Part shown: in pieces, positions 1 to 23,688 of the stretch | How positions within the stretch are numbered: position 1 is the stretch's first letter | How the letters are laid out: each line of letters begins with the position of its first letter | Origin: Syncephalis fuscata S228 | Taxonomy: Eukaryota; Fungi; Zoopagomycota | Assembly (NCBI GenBank): GCA_025786725.1 | Contig: JAHLTZ010000026.1 | Location: 124,001 to 188,000 of the forward strand | DNA length: 64,000 nucleotides | Reading direction: 5' to 3' | Notes under the pieces: generated by a model | The model's input: only the letters and a program-made list of their open reading frames with translations | Databases searched by the model: none | Told to the model about the DNA's origin: nothing | Translations under genes and position numbers: made by a program

Positions 1-8121
<8,121 letters not shown>

Positions 8122-8245
8122 GCCGCGACAGAGATTGCCAGTATTTAAAAGTGATTGCAAGATGAGAAACAACGATACAGAACAATGCAAGATGGAAATA
8201 ACGGTGACACGAAACTAAACAACTTAGGCTGTGCGCGTGCAACTG

Positions 8246-8294
8246 CGTGTGCGTGTTTGTGTGTACGCGTGTGTGTGGTGTGTGTGTGTGTGTG
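8246..8294. repeat. Imperfect (GT/CA)n microsatellite upstream of the kinase gene
   Basis: cgtgtgcgtgtttgtgtgtacgcgtgtgtgtggtgtgtgtgtgtgtgtg. Confidence 0.7.
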
Positions 8295-9304
8295 TAGTTG
8301 AAGCGTCTGCGTGTTATATAAAATATGGAATCAGTGAGGAAATAGAGAGTATCGTACAACAAAGAATCCAAATAATAGATTCCACCGATTAGAATGTTTA
8401 GTTGGAAATCAATGCTGCAACTACAATAATGGTAACAATAGTAGAAGAAGAAGAAAAAGTAGTAGTAGTAGTAGTAGTAGAGATAGCGACAAGAATTAAG
8501 GCGAGAAAAGGAACAGAAATGACTAGGACAGCGATGACGAAAGGCACAAGTGGTGGTGTTATTGTTGTTTATAGTGTAGAAAAAGGCGAGAAAATAGACT
8601 AGAATAGGTGGACGAATAGAATAATGACCGTGTATTGATAACAGTGTGTAGAATAGTTAATAGAAGAGAGAGAGAGACGCGCCACTATTTAAGTAATAGA
8701 AACGCCTAGAACTTGAACAATCATAGGCGGAATATGAAATGAATAGAATAAAGAAATAACATGTTTATTGTGTATGTGTGTATGTCTATAGAAATTACTA
8801 AATAGAATTCGTTATAGTAAAAGCATGAGCCATCACATTAGCACTTTATCGTGTGTGTGTATATACAAATAATACAAACAAGTATATCTACCACACAAAC
8901 AAATATATATATCACACAACTAAATATATTATTTTTTCATAAATATAGAATTAATAATAATAATAATAACAAATTAATGAACTATAGATTGTTTAATGAT
9001 GTGAATTAATAATAATAAAGGGCGGTATTTGTGACCGCGGAGTTAAATATAATAATAACAATGATTGTATTATAATTCTATTGTAAAAGATCCAGTTTTA
9101 ATAACCATATAGATCACGTGAATACAAAGTAAATTGATTAAAAGTAGTAAATTTAAATTGAATTAATTAGAATTCAAATAGAATTAAGCAGATGAATGAT
9201 TAGGACAAGTAATAGGGATACGCTACTGAATTGCGTGCCACTGTTATTTTTAATTGGTTTAATCATCTTACTTACCCGTAGTATTGCTTAAATAAAAGAC
9301 GAGA

Positions 9305-10336
9305 ATGGCCACTCGGTAATTGGTATAGTCTACTATAGTAAGGAACATTCTAACTAGTTCGTTCATTTATTGTGATTACAGTAAATTAGTTGTGGGTCCT
9401 GGTGCTCTAGTATGTCAAGAAGCGCATCTAACAGGCAATGTTTCTATTGGTACTATATTTATATGTCTACTACTATAATATGGCAGCTAATAGCTTGTTT
9501 ATACGGTTAAACCAACCACTATTACTGCTTTTTATTAGGTTCGGGTAAGTAAAAGTGTACTTCATCCTATGTTTAATTAAACGTGGTAAATATTAAATAG
9601 GCTGTGTACTGCATCCCAAGTGTAGTATTATCGCCGATGTAGGTCCTATTGTTATTGGTCGTAATAATATTCTCGAAGAAGGGGTTATTATTATTAACAG
9701 GTAAGTTAAATAGTAGGCGTAATAGATTGAATATAATATATATTTACCTATTATATAGAAATCAAATGCCATTAATTATTGGTGATGAAAATACATTTGA
9801 AGTGAGCTCCTGTAAGCGTTAACTATTAACAAAGTAATAATTTGACTATTAATCATGTTACTGATCCACTTAATAATTAGTTATAGAAGGATCTAAGATT
9901 GGTAGTCGTAATATATTTGAGGCACGATGTAAGTGTTTTTTTACCTTTAATTAGTAGTATTACTTTTTAATATAATAATAATAGCACGCGTTGTAGGTGC
10001 CACAACTGTTGGTAATCATTGTGTTATTGGTATTGGATGTCAAACAGAACAGGATGAAACAGTACCTGATTGTACCATTATATTTGGTGAACGATTGGAC
10101 CGACGAGTAGGCAAACCAGATTCGGTAAGTTATAACAATGAGTAATACTGTATCAGTGTTAATTAACAAATGTGTGTACAGACTTATCCAGGATTACATC
10201 AGAAACATTTGGAATATTTACGAGATGTAATTATGGTGGATGAATGGACTGCTAGATAACAGCTAATGTTTTGTATATTTTATCATTATCTATTTAGATG
10301 TTACCAAAATTCAATAATCTACGCCCTGTTGCATAG
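9305..10336 (+). CDS. DCTN6: Dynactin subunit 6 (p27), multi-exon, including a 6-nt microexon at 9539-9544
   Basis: Spliced translation MATRKLVVGPGALVCQEAHLTGNVSIGSGCVLHPKCSIIADVGPIVIGRNNILEEGVIIINR...LIIGDENTFEV...KIGSRNIFEAR...LPKFNNLRPVA* matches the hexapeptide left-handed beta-helix pattern of dynactin p27. Not present in the ORF track because the exons are short. Confidence 0.85.
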
Positions 10337-10386
10337 TTGTGCGTATTTCTTATTAGTATTTCTATTAAATGCTTTTATTATTGTTA

Positions 10387-12959
10387 TTAATAACCATATT
10401 TGTCATTTAATGATGTTCGGCCATCACCTATATAAATGATTAGTTATAATGAGCGGATAGACAGGATAAATTCATTTACCTGACTGATCCTTAGGTGGTA
10501 TCCATTCTACAGTCTGATCTTCAGTCTCTATTTCTTTGTTTTTATCATTTTTTCGTTTTCATTATCTGTTATCAAGGTGGATAAAGTCGATGAAGGGTTC
10601 ATTGGTAGAACAGAGCGACGAATAGGTGGTATTTCATCTGATATATCGTCGTCCATTAATGGATTGGCTGGTTTTGGTTTTGTGTATTTGTTATATTAAC
10701 AGTAGAAGATGGTAGAAAAGATGTATTCTGTTTAAGTATTGTAGCGTATCAACTTTGTCTTCAAAGAAATAGACTGTATTGGTGATGGGCTATTTGTTTT
10801 TGTTACTATTGGTGTTTCTGTTGTGGCAGTGGTAGTAGTAAACTGTAGAATAATTGATATCAAATACTTAGCTATCTATAAATAATACTAAATACCTTTT
10901 TACGTTTAAAGTATTTATGGGTAAATCTGTAGGTCTTGTAAATTCAATTAATGGATTTAATCGTTCAATTTCCTAATATTCATTTAGTATGACAATCATT
11001 ATAGCTATATAAATACTTACTTTTTGTAATGTTGATATTTCTTTTTGTAATCTATTGGCTTCTTTTTCTTCAATGCTTGTCTGTACACCGGCCATATAAG
11101 CATCTAAATCATCTTCATTGTTATTGTTATTGGATTCAGAACTAGATTTAGCAATGCTCATATTATTTAATTGTTGTTTTAAGCTTTCTATACGCTCTTC
11201 AACTTGTTGTCGTTTTTCTAACAATGATTCATAATTGTCTACTGGCTTTTGTTTTACACGCATTTGTTTTGCCTTGCGCTTCTCGCCTATTGTTATCAGC
11301 AGTTTAGTATATAACTAAGCATTGATTATAGTTTATAGCCTTACGTGTTCCTGTACGATCGTAGAATGTATCATCGTCACTGTCACCTCCATCATTATCT
11401 TTCAGTATTCTTTTAAATCGCTTTTTTGAGCCGCTATTATTGAATAAATTAATATTCCAGTAATTAATAAATAATAAAGCATACAAACCTTGTTGAGCAT
11501 TTCTTGTATCCAGCTCTCCATGAGCATCTAGTTTTTCCATAGCATCAAGTGATGCTACTCGTTCAGCATCTCTAGTTATTGTTAACAATAATAATATAAT
11601 ATATATATATAATAATAAACATACTTTTTTCGACCTGCACTACCACTGGCCCATACAACTGCGCCATCTTCATCGTGAATAGGTAATTGTATACTGTCAA
11701 GTAATTGGTTAGTATAATAACAACATTATATGTACACCGTTCTTACCGTGCTGTAAATGTATGAAACCCATGCTCAAATTCGTCTTGCATTTCAAATTCC
11801 ATTGCATAACCTCGATGCTAAATAGTATAATTACAATGTTATTATAACCGTATTCACATTATAATTATAATAATCAGTTTTACTACCTCCATGTAATGAC
11901 GTAATGCTTTTTTCGGATCTTCATGGTATGAAGCCTTAGTAGCTTCATCAGCAGCATATATGGATGCACCATATTACCATCACTGCCACTCTCCATAGCT
12001 GCTCTAATTATACCGCCATCATCAGTGACATCTTCGGAAAAGCCCCTATTTTGTTAATATAATTAATATACGCTATTCAGTATTGACATGTTATCGATTA
12101 TCTATTACCAAGTAACGCCGGTGCTTTCGATCTTTTGTTCTTGTTTCTTTTGTTCTTGTAGTCGTGCTTCTGCCTCTTCCTTTAGTCTTGCCCGTATATC
12201 CGGTCCTTGAAGTATATGGGTTCTTGTACTTTCACCGAATCGAACATGATCGCCTGGTCTCAGTTCTATATGTTTACGTGGCGGTATCTGGCGTTTGTTG
12301 ATCGTTGTATGATGTGTGCTATTAAGATCGTAAATATATGATAAGCCTATATATTGCTGATTAGCAATCGTCTATGTAGTATTCGTAAGTACCATTTGAT
12401 TTGAATTCAATAATGGCATGATATCTGGAAACAGACTAGATCAATAATGTTATTGGTTTGTATCTATTATTATACTTAATAAAATAGCTTACTGGATGAA
12501 GTGTTACAATATGACAGCCTGGCACACGTCCTATTTATTGCTGTTATTAATATAGTGTATGAAATGCGGTAACCTACCAACAAGCCAGTAGGAACGACCA
12601 GCTAGTGGCGTCTCTTCACAAACAACGCCTTCCTTTAACACTAGCAATGAAAAGCTGTCCTTGGGTGTGCCTATCCATTCTGGTGGATTATAGTCTAATT
12701 GAGGTGTCGGTGCAGCATTAGACGAAGTGGACGGCAACGGCGCTATAAAGTAAGATTACAGAGTAGTTATTGTATACAGATTCTTTTTATTACAAGCCTA
12801 CTTACCTGGAGTAGTAGATTTCTCTGTTACGCTATTGGAAGTGGAGATGACATCACCGGCATTTGAGCTTTCCTCAACTACCTCTGGTTTAGTTGCCTCT
12901 ACGGGAGTAGTGGAAGCGACAGCGCGCTTTATAGGCTTTGGTACAGCGAACGGTGACAT
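10387..12959 (-). CDS. SLC4A1AP: Kanadaptin-like FHA-domain protein
   Basis: N-terminal FAVPKP; YNPPEW...LLVLKEG...GRLP...HP.VSRYHA...YDLNSTHHTTINK...GDHVRFGESTR (FHA); DSDDDTFYDRT; EDDLDAYM; C-terminal EWIPPKDQSGDGRTSLNDKYGY*, characteristic of kanadaptin. Confidence 0.85.
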
Positions 12960-13974
12960 ACAAGTATTCTTTACTATGAATATCCAAATATTTATAAAGA
13001 AGAATTGTGTTTATAATTGTAATGTTATTATTTTGATCTTACTAATTCATCTGAACTGCCATTTTTATTCTAAATTGTTTTAGGAATAATAAAATGATTT
13101 ATACGTATGACATCATCATTTCATGTTATTTAGTAGTATTTACACATTAAATGTTGTAGTGAATGGGTATTTAGACTGATATTTACTAGATTCTTATAAC
13201 ATTCAATGATTCAGTATAATAAAGTATATTGGTTTATATACCAATAGCCTATTGGATATATGGTAATAGTGTCGATATGTTAGTAATGCTGTCGATGACA
13301 GTTTAAATCACTGTTGTTTATATAATGATTTATATGATAGATGCGTTTGAAAATACTATCTAATAATTATCGGCCAATTGGACATTTAGCGGAAATATCA
13401 GTCAGATAAAAGTCTAGATTGCAATAGCAATAATTTATATTGAAATCAATATGTACATTCCTGAGAATTTCAAGACTAGTACTAGTTATTGCATTGATAA
13501 TAAATGGGCGTTAACAAATAAATAATAATGAAACTAAAGAATACAAACATTCGAACTACTGAGCTTTATTTGCAATTGACAAATGTTAGTATTTATAACA
13601 ACAGAATTGCGAATAATTACATGTCATCAACGACAGTGTAAGTGTTGATGTAGATTTAGCGATTGAACAAATAGTTTGTGCTACAATATAGCAGCATCGT
13701 GGCAGTCAGTAATCTATTAGATAGCTTAAAAGCATGCTTAATTCTTGCTACAATCCACCGTGCTTTATGTAATTTTGATTGTGTTCTATTTATGAGTAAA
13801 ATAATAGCAATCTACATTGCACTTCAATAGATATTGAATCCGTGTAACCATCATATGCAGCAAACAGGATGAAACAGCTCATCGACATGCAACGCCCTTT
13901 ACTTCTACTTGCATCCAGTACTGTTCATCTCGTCTATCTCGTATCGATTTCAGTGCAACTATATCTGGTTAAAC

Positions 13975-16049
13975 ATGCCTTTGGATGCCTATAGAGAACG
14001 TTTTTTGCAAAATTGCGACATTCTACTGCATTTGTGTCACTTTATGGAAGATAAAGCAATAGTACTCTTTGCCAGTAGCTGTCAGCTTACTTATCGAGCA
14101 ATAGTCGATTTACCTGACTATTGGGACGGAAATATAGACGAACATTCTGTCTAGGTGATCGACGTGAACACGAATGGCTTACATGGTACAATTGGCACAT
14201 CAATACTGCGACAAATTTAAAAAAGCCCAAGTCCAAAGTAAATCGGGCAATACGAAAAGTTCTATCATTGGTTTACATTCCAACTATCAACAGTGACAAT
14301 AATAAATATACAAGATTTACTAATGATTTAAATTTTGATGCTAATTTTGATAGCACTCGATGGTTCTATGCTTATTACAGGCGGCGACAAACTAGTCAAA
14401 ACTTGATTGCAGGTCGATTTAAGAAACAAATGTGTCAGCTAACTGTTAGTACATATACTCGATTGATGCCAGTCGACATAAATCCTTGGTATGCATTGGT
14501 AAAGGACACACAGGAATTGAGGCTTTGGTTAATTCAGCATAATACTACTAGCAAGAAAAACAAACATGGAAACGATAAGTTGCTATGGAAAGAGCTTACT
14601 CTTCATTTATCGCCGTATTTATTTGATGGTAAAATTCGAATCAACTCTGCCCATACAGCAAATCGGTTTATTGTAGCCCACGTTTCTATATTTACGTATA
14701 ATGACGTAGCTTCTGTGGCTTTTGGAGATCCAATAGGTAACTAAAATAATTGATATTAATAATTATGATAATTATAACTTATTATTACATAAAAACAGTT
14801 AGCTTGGCCGAAATAGAAGCACAACATATTAGAAGTAATAAATCTAAAGCCAATGCTGCTTTAGATGAACATTCTGATATTTCTTCAACCATTACACCTT
14901 CAAAAGAACAAAAAAGTTACAATAGAAATACTATTTTAGTATGGGCCAATGCAGGCAATTCATCACCAAATATTGTTTATTTCCAGCCCATAGATTATAG
15001 TTGTAAAGAATTAGGTCGACCTAAATTAATTAATATTTATAACGACTGGGCGTTTTTTAAAACTAGAAATTGTAACGATTCATACCAGCGATTCGATTTG
15101 TTTGATTTAGACGGGAACAGATGGGCAAAGGGTCCAAACATGAAAATTTACAATTCAGATGCGTGTATTCAATTCGCTTCGCGCCATCAATGCCAATTAC
15201 TAGTGTGGAAGAAATTATCTACCTTTATTAAAAACAAAGGTGAATCTAGAGCCGACTATATTCAAAGATTGGAAAATCTTGATAGTATAATCCTATCATT
15301 AGACCTTCAATGGAAAGTATTCAATGCTCAAAAAGATCAATATCAATGTGAAATGATTTTATCGGGCCGAGTCAGCATTCCATATTGCCCGAGTGCTAGT
15401 ATTAAGGTCAAAACATATACAGAGAAAATGTGCTTAATTATTGTATTCGGCAGAGAAGAAGATAAATCAAAACGCACTGACAACGGAACTTTTAAAGCCT
15501 CATTGTCATTATTTGTATTAGGGAGGCTTTTACCAAATGATTCAGCACAATCAATATTTGACGCCAGAGACTACGACAAATTACTACCAATTGACAGCTC
15601 TGACAAAGGACGTGTATTATGGACTCGAACTATAGCTAGCAAAACCATTAAACAATTATACAGCGAAAAGCTTATTGTTGTTCAAAGTTATAAAAAGCTT
15701 GATGTGTTGAATGCTCGAGATGGCAGTTTATTGCGTTCAATTGCTTGTTCATTTGAATATAACTTGCTCCTTTCTCGGGCCTTTATGCTTAGTACTTGGC
15801 AAAAAACACGATAACTTTTGGTTTATTGACATGCATACCGGCCGTATTTACAACCCACCAGATCAGTTTACCGGCAAAAAAACTAAAGAAGATAAAGATA
15901 AAATTTTAGGACTCGTTGCAACAGCACAGTTTTCAATTCCAATGAGAAGGCATAATACCTGCACGCCTTCTGTATATCGCTTATCAAGTGCCGTTATCGG
16001 TCGAACTAACTGGAATGGTGGAGGATTATATGAAGCATACATGTTATAA
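13975..16049 (+). CDS. Putative F-box-like protein, lineage-specific; apparent frameshifts near 14125 and 15770
   Basis: N-terminus FLQNCDILLHLCHFMEDKAIVLFASSCQLTYRAIVDLPDYW resembles an F-box, followed by WFYAYYRRRQTSQNLIAGRF and a long beta-rich C-terminal region. Contiguous ORFs with a probable intron at ~14737-14798. Confidence 0.55.
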
Positions 16050-16717
16050 ATAATAAACGTTATTTAAAATTATTCAACACAAATAGTTAACATGCCACAT
16101 GTTGCAAATATCTTAATATTAATATTTATAGCATTTGATGATTTATTATACTAAACTAAGTAAACACTTGTGAAAACTCATTCATAGCGCTCTCGTTGTT
16201 TCAATATTTGCCTTCCATTTATTCACAACAGCAAACCAATAGCTCTTGTACAAGCTATTCTATTTGCTAAATAGCACATTTACTATCAATGATTGCAATA
16301 ATTAACACATTTGTTTTAGATGATGACTGAATGTTTTATGAACACCAATCACAGTAAGACACGTCAAAGTAGCCTTCATAATACGTTGCAGTCATAAGTT
16401 CTGTAAGGCGGCGAGTTTTTATTTGTTTTTATGTACTATTCAAGTTATTAAACGCCAATAAAATCAATGTCCAATAAATTCTAAAATAGAATTGGCCAAT
16501 TCTAAGAATTAAACTTATTGCGCATCTATCTGTTGTTTTCTGTAGAGTTTTAGGCTCGTGTATTTGACAGTCATTGTGATACTAATAAGCGACCTCTTGC
16601 GTCACCGTTCCACTTTACCGCTCATTCCTGATATGTTTAAATAAAACGTGAAATCCCACCAATTGTGACAAAACCATTTTTCTCTTCTATCACCTAAACA
16701 ACAAAATTTACTTCGAT

Positions 16718-19700
16718 ATGACAAAGAAGAAGAAGGTAAAGCCCAGCGCACAACGTGGCTATGCTACCACCAGTCTGCCTAAGAAGCAGCCAGTCTCAAA
16801 TACAGCCGAACCAGTTATCACAGCAACAGCATCAGATACAAAAATAAATACAGAAATACACTTGGAAAATGTAAATCAATTAGCAAATAAAGAAAATGAA
16901 AATCCATCTGTAGATTCACAATCCAGCTCAAAAAAAGCAATTACAGCCGAGCAAGTTGCTCAAGAACGAGACTTGTCCGAGAAGAGTGCTGCTACATGGA
17001 TACATGTACATAGCAATGCTGCTAAAATGGAACAAGTAGATCAGCTACCTCGATTGCAACTATCGCAAGATTTGGAAAAGAAAACGGCTCGTTTATGGAT
17101 GGAAATAGGCATCGACTATTATCACGGTGAGACATACTTTGAGCCAATATAACACCGTTCAATTGCATGATATACTAACGATAATAATGCAATATAGACG
17201 ATGATAATGATCAACATGGGCCATCATCATTGGTTCGACGTCTTATGATGACGTATAGTGTTTTGGCCAACATTGGATTTGAGGCCGATTTGATTCGACA
17301 GGCAATGCAAGCTACCGGTGGCATTAAAGTAACAGATGCATTGGATTGGGTAGGTGAATGTGTTAGTTGAGTACAAACTACTAATCTGCTTATTTAGCTA
17401 TGTATCCACGCACCATTAGAGACAGTGCCACCAAGATTTAGAGATAAATTTTATCATTTAGACGGTAAGCTAATACTATATAATTGTTAGAATCAATTAA
17501 CATATAACATCAACATAGATGATCATGTAACATTTGTTAAAAAGCCACCTGAAGAAGAAATGGAAAAGTCACCAGAAGTTTTAACATTACCAGACATACC
17601 AGTGAAAACAACGAATAAGAGACGAAACTCCAAAGATAAGCTAGATATTGTACGTAGATGTATTTAGTATATAAAATTTAGCTAATTGATTGTTTAATTA
17701 GCCAGCACGCACTTTTTCACCACTCAAGGATAATCAAAAAGCCTGGATACTAGAACAGTATACACACCAAAAAGTAGAGGTAGGTATTGGATAAATATAT
17801 TAAATACAATAGTTAATAAGTGTATATAGAAAGAAGAAAAAGATGTCAATAAACAGTTAGCTGCATTGCACATATCAATCAAGCAGAAAAAGCAGTTGCA
17901 CAAACAAGCCAAAGAATCAGGAACTGCGTATAGTATATTAGATGACATGAAAAAAGGACTGCGCAAACTTGAACGAGAACATGAATTGCTACAAGGTGAT
18001 CCAGAAGCGAATAAAGATATCATACAGCAATTGGTAAAACAACATGAGAAAGAAGAACAACAAAGAATAGCTATGGAACGACAACATAAAAAGCCGAGGA
18101 AGCAAAAAAAGCAAAAGAAGCAACAGAGAATTGTTGGATCAAACAGAAGGTGAAGATGACGACTTGCTAGGCAGCCTATGGGATTTATCGGAGGAGACAA
18201 CACAACCGCCAGATGTTAAATCTACTTCTACTTCTACGCCGCCATTACAGATAATTGAAGAGATTTTATGTCCACAAGGATGGACCGGTAAATTGCCCAA
18301 AAATATTCTTATAGATTATTGTCGTCAACGGGATCGACAAAGCCGTGTTACATTCATTCCATCATCTAAGCTAAAGCATAGCAAGACTCATTGTATTGAT
18401 GTAAAGATTGGTTGGTCAAATGGATCAATACAGCTATTTGAAACTAGTGTGTGTTGTCGACGTAAAGCAGATGCCGAAAACTACATATCAGTAAGTGATT
18501 GAAGCAATATAATTGAAGTACTTATTAAATAAATCACACTAGACGGTTGTATTATATGAGTTGGCACAGAAACCAGTCTATCGTTTATTACCACCACCCT
18601 ATCGTGACATATGGTGCAGCTGGGACAAGGAAAAGGTAGATTTTAATTAATTACTTAACCAAAAACTATATATTTTAATTCACTATTAGATGGATGCTAA
18701 ACTAAACGAACAACATGTGAAAGATGAGTCAATGGCTGCAATGTTATCTGAAATAGTAACACTATCTAAAGAGCGTGAACAATCATTGGTAAGTGACGTA
18801 ATTAACTGTTAATAAATATATATTTATATAATCAATAGCGAGATGAATTAAATACAGCAACAAGTGATTTATCTGGTCCATCTTATGGAAGACGTAAATA
18901 CGAGGCTATACCGGCAGAAGCATATGTTCCACGAGGCAAAATAAGTGAAATGCGCTTATTATTTGAACGGCATCGTACATCCCCAGCCTATAGTAAACTA
19001 TTATTGGAACGGCAACAATTACCGGTATATGAGTTCCGTGAACAATTGTTATCCACTATACAAGCCAATCGTGTTGTATTATTAGTAGGCGATACTGGCT
19101 GGTAAGTAATAGAACTTAGTAGATAGATAGCATCAATAATGAGAATGCTAATAATGCACTATAGTGGTAAAACTACTCAGGTGCCACAATATATTGTAGA
19201 ACATTTATTAGGCAATGAGTCGACAAAAGCATGTCAAGTAATGTGTACTCAAGTGAGTTTTTGTTAAACTATTTAATATTTAATATTGATTATAGTGTAG
19301 CCACGTCGTATATCAGCCATGTCCATTTCTAAACGAGTCTCAATTGAAATGGGGGAAAGTATAAAAGAGTTTGGTACTTTCAACTCACTGGTTGGATATC
19401 AAGTACGATTGGACAATAGAACATCAACCACCAGTGCACTTATTTACTGTACCACGGTATTTAATTGATATCAACAATAATTTGAATGATTCTAACATCT
19501 ATACTAATTAGGGGATTATGTTACGACGATTGGAGGGTGATCCTACACTTCAATCAATTACTCATTTGATTATGGATGAAGTACAGGAAAGAACATTAGA
19601 ATCTGACTTTTAATGATTGTAATTCGTCGATTAATGTTAAGACGTCCAGACTTACGGTAAGTGATAGACATGTATATATTATTATTATTACTATTATTAA

Positions 19701-22496
19701 CATACTATAGAATTATTATTATGAGTGCCACTGTTGATACAGACAAGTTCCGTCGATATTTTGATGATTGTCCGGTAATTCAAGTGCCAGGTAGAACATT
19801 CCCAGTTACGGTGAATTATTTAGAAGATATTATTGAAGCAACTGGTATTTATAGTATTATATTAAATAGTATTGGTTATAACAATATTACTAGGTTATAC
19901 AATTGAGGTTGATTCACGATATGCCAAACCACGAGAGCGAAAGCGTAATAATCTGCCAGGTAACATACTATAATTTACTAGTAATTATTAAACTTAATAA
20001 TAATAATAATAATGACGACGATGATGAAATAGAATCAGTAAATATACGTGGTAAAGGTGGAAAAGTCTATCAAATGGCTATAGATATAGATATGGAAGAA
20101 GATTGGAGCATGACAAGTTATCCAGCATATCCATTAGAGCAATTAAGTGGTCATTATTCGGATATTACACGTCGTACATTAGGCTGTATGGATGAAGAAC
20201 GTATCAACTATGATTTGATTATTCGATTACTGGAGTATTTATGTTTCGAACAAGATACAAGTAACAATGATAATGCGACAAGTGAAGAGGCTATAACATC
20301 AGAGAATATAGAGAATATAGAGACTATAGATGCCAATACATTAAAATCAATTACAAAAGCTTCAGTTGAATTATCCTCAGTAGATGAGGCTATTTTAATA
20401 TTCTTACCTGGATTACCAGAAATTAGAATACTGCACGAGAGAATACTTGATAATGAACAATTACGTGATTCAAGTCACTTTTTAATTATACCAGTTCACT
20501 CACTATTAGCCGGTGAACATCAGGAGCGAGCATTTCAACGACCGCCTAAAGGAATGCGTAAGATTATTCTATCTACCAATTTGGCTGAAACAGGTCAGTA
20601 GCAGCTAGTTAAACAAGTGTATACTCATCAATGCTATAATACTATTAATAGGCATTACTATACCTGATGTCACTATTGTTATTGATACGGGTAAAGTTAA
20701 AGAAATGCGGTAAGAAATGGAATGTGTTTTAGTAGGACTTTTAATAACAGTTTTAGATATGACGAGAAACGACGAGTATCCGCATTGGAGGAAGGATTTG
20801 TAGCTCGTGCCAATGCCCGTCAGCGACGAGGTCGAGCTGGTCGAGTACAGCCTGGTGTTTGTTACCATTTGTTTACACAACATCGACATAACAATATGGT
20901 AAACTATCCTTAATTGATATTAAACAGAGCAATGCTAATGTTTACTTAGATGTTTTCATATCAAACACCGGAAATGTTACGTCTTCCGTTACAAGAGCTT
21001 TGCTTGCGTATTAAGGCCTATGGATACGGCTCTGTAGAACCGTTTTTACTTAATGCATTGGATAAGCCTCGTCCAGAAGCAATTAATACAGCTATGCAGC
21101 AGCTTGTTGAAGTAAATAGAGCATTATGCTCGTAATTCTATACTGACATATTATTATTGTTATTATTATTACTAGGTTGGTGCTATAGCCAGTGAGGAAA
21201 CAGCTGAGATGCATCAGCCATTAACACCGCTCGGTGAACATTTGGCACGTCTACCACTTGATGTTCACTTGGCCAAGATGTTGGTTTATGCACTATTTTC
21301 CGGTGTCTTGATCCAATTCTAACGATTGTGGCGGCCATCAGTAATAAAGCATTTTTATACGGCCATATCAGCAATCGGCAGCGGCTGATCAGGCAAAACA
21401 AGCATTTGCTACAGGTAAACATGATAAACGGTTGTTACATTCGTTAATCTAGAACTAAACATATAATACATGTTAGATAATTCGGATATGTTGACCATTT
21501 ACAAGGCCTACTGTCAATGGTAATGATATAATAGTTTATTAACAATTATACCTATTGCTTCTTCATTGTTGTTAATTATAAACTATAGGCGTGAAGTTTG
21601 CCGAACACGTCGTATGTCCCCCAATGATTTTTGCAAACAGAATTATCTTGATGCACAGGTTTTACAAGTTATTGAAGACACAAAACGACAAATACTTGGA
21701 TTACTTGTCTCAACTCGACTCGTGACTGTAGATGCAGCAACACAATCGTCGCTTAGTCGGTAAGTTTGATTAATGATAATAATAATAGCATAGTATGACA
21801 AACATTTGACGATTTAATTAATATATATTATTATTATTATAGTGGTGGATATCAAACACAAATGGCACTATGTCCTGTACCAGTGGAAGCAAATCAAAAT
21901 GCGCAGCATATTAACGTTTTACGCGCTATCATTGTAGCCGGTCTTTATCCACGTGTGGCTCGACGTGATCACGAGTTGCATCGTTGGTTGATCCGTGGCG
22001 GTGCAACGGTTGTAGTGCATCCGTCTTCAATAAACCAAGAGAAAGGCTTGGACAGATCCACAGGTAGCTGGCTTGCATATAATGTTGCGCAACAATCCGG
22101 TTCGAATGCCTATGTATGGGATACTACTGTGGTGAACGCGGTGGCTGTCGTGTTATTTGGTCGGGAAATGGAGGTTGAGGTGAGTATCAAAACTATACTA
22201 CGTATCTAGTATGTATTAATAACACGCCCTATTATTAGCATTTAATACGACGTGTTACGCTTGAGGATTGGATTAAATTTAAATGTGTAGGTGTGACAGC
22301 AGCTGTATTACGCCGACTGCGCCGTGAATTGGTAAGTAGGCGATAGGATCGTGTAAATATACAATTGTCATCTGATCCAATACTTTTTCTTCAATAGAAT
22401 GCCGTACTACGTCATGCTATTTACCGACCGGGTGAATTACTGCCAGAACGACTTACTCGCTGGCTAGATCTGGCTATTGAAGTAGTTTGTGCATAA
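16718..22496 (+). CDS. DEAH-box RNA helicase, DHX29/DHX57-like
   Basis: Spliced motifs [90 protein letters not shown] and an HA2/OB region. N-terminal UBA-like segment and a WTGKLPK..L.DYC motif as in DHX29. Confidence 0.9.
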
Positions 22497-23688
22497 TACC
22501 TAAACTGCATTGCTTTTTTTGCAAATAAATAGCTATGAGCTAGTTATACTTTTTATTTTTAGTAAAATGGCTATTCATATTCTAGCTAATTAGAGCTTGT
22601 GGTCATTGCAATGCTAATTTGTACATATTATTATCAAACTAATCAATATATTTTGGTGACCTAAAAAATTGTAATCAAATTATGCACAATAATAGATATT
22701 TAAAAAACTACAAGCATAATATATCAGCTTGCTATTGCGTCGGCGTTAAGCGTCTTTTTGGAATGCATGCAGATATTGATGGTTGAATTTGTCGGTGAAA
22801 GCAAAAAAAACAAGTGATGCATTGTTGCTACTTCTGTAAAGCCGATACATTCACTTGCAACACATGATCAGATTATCTGGTAACACAATAAAAACTAGTG
22901 TGTAGATTCTTACGTAATACACTGGACCATTGTAACTGTTACTCGTTTGTGTAAATGCCAAGCCGATTGAGTCAAAAGCTTGGCTTAATTTTAGTGTGTT
23001 ATTGACGTGTTGATATTCGCGTGACCCAAATTGTCTCGTGGATGCGTTTGCAGATGATCTTTGCATGCATAAAGCACACACTGCAGTTACTTATGCACAG
23101 ATGTTAATCACCTGTCAAAACGCTTTGTTATTTTCACGCTGTTTTGACGATATGTTCTATGTAATACAGCGTGATCGGCCTCTCATGCCATAAATCTAAA
23201 TAGTCTACCAGTATACACAAATAACTAGTAATGATGTCATCACGCTATCTTTCACTGAATCAGTGATGCTATCACACAAACAACAGCATGTATAAACTGC
23301 ACATGACCATGTCACTTATTCACCAAGCAATGGCCACTATGCTACTACAACATTTTACTAGCTATGCTTTGTTGTTGCTGTTCACATAATTATCATATGA
23401 ACATCATGTGTATGTATGTGACGCTTTAGCTTATATTGCTTCCTTTCCTTCCTTTTAATTTTAGTATATATTGAACGATATACGCAACCAACTAATAAAA
23501 AATCTTTATTTACTTCACAACTCGCTTTCGTCTAACTAACGCTCTAACAGTTATTGTGTTTTCTCAAGCGTATTCAAGCTCTGCTTTATTTCAAATTTAC
23601 CAAACAAATTCTAACGCCATTGCTCAATTTTTAGCAACCACACTCCATCGTTCACTCTACTTGTTTATTTTAACAAATCAATATCATT

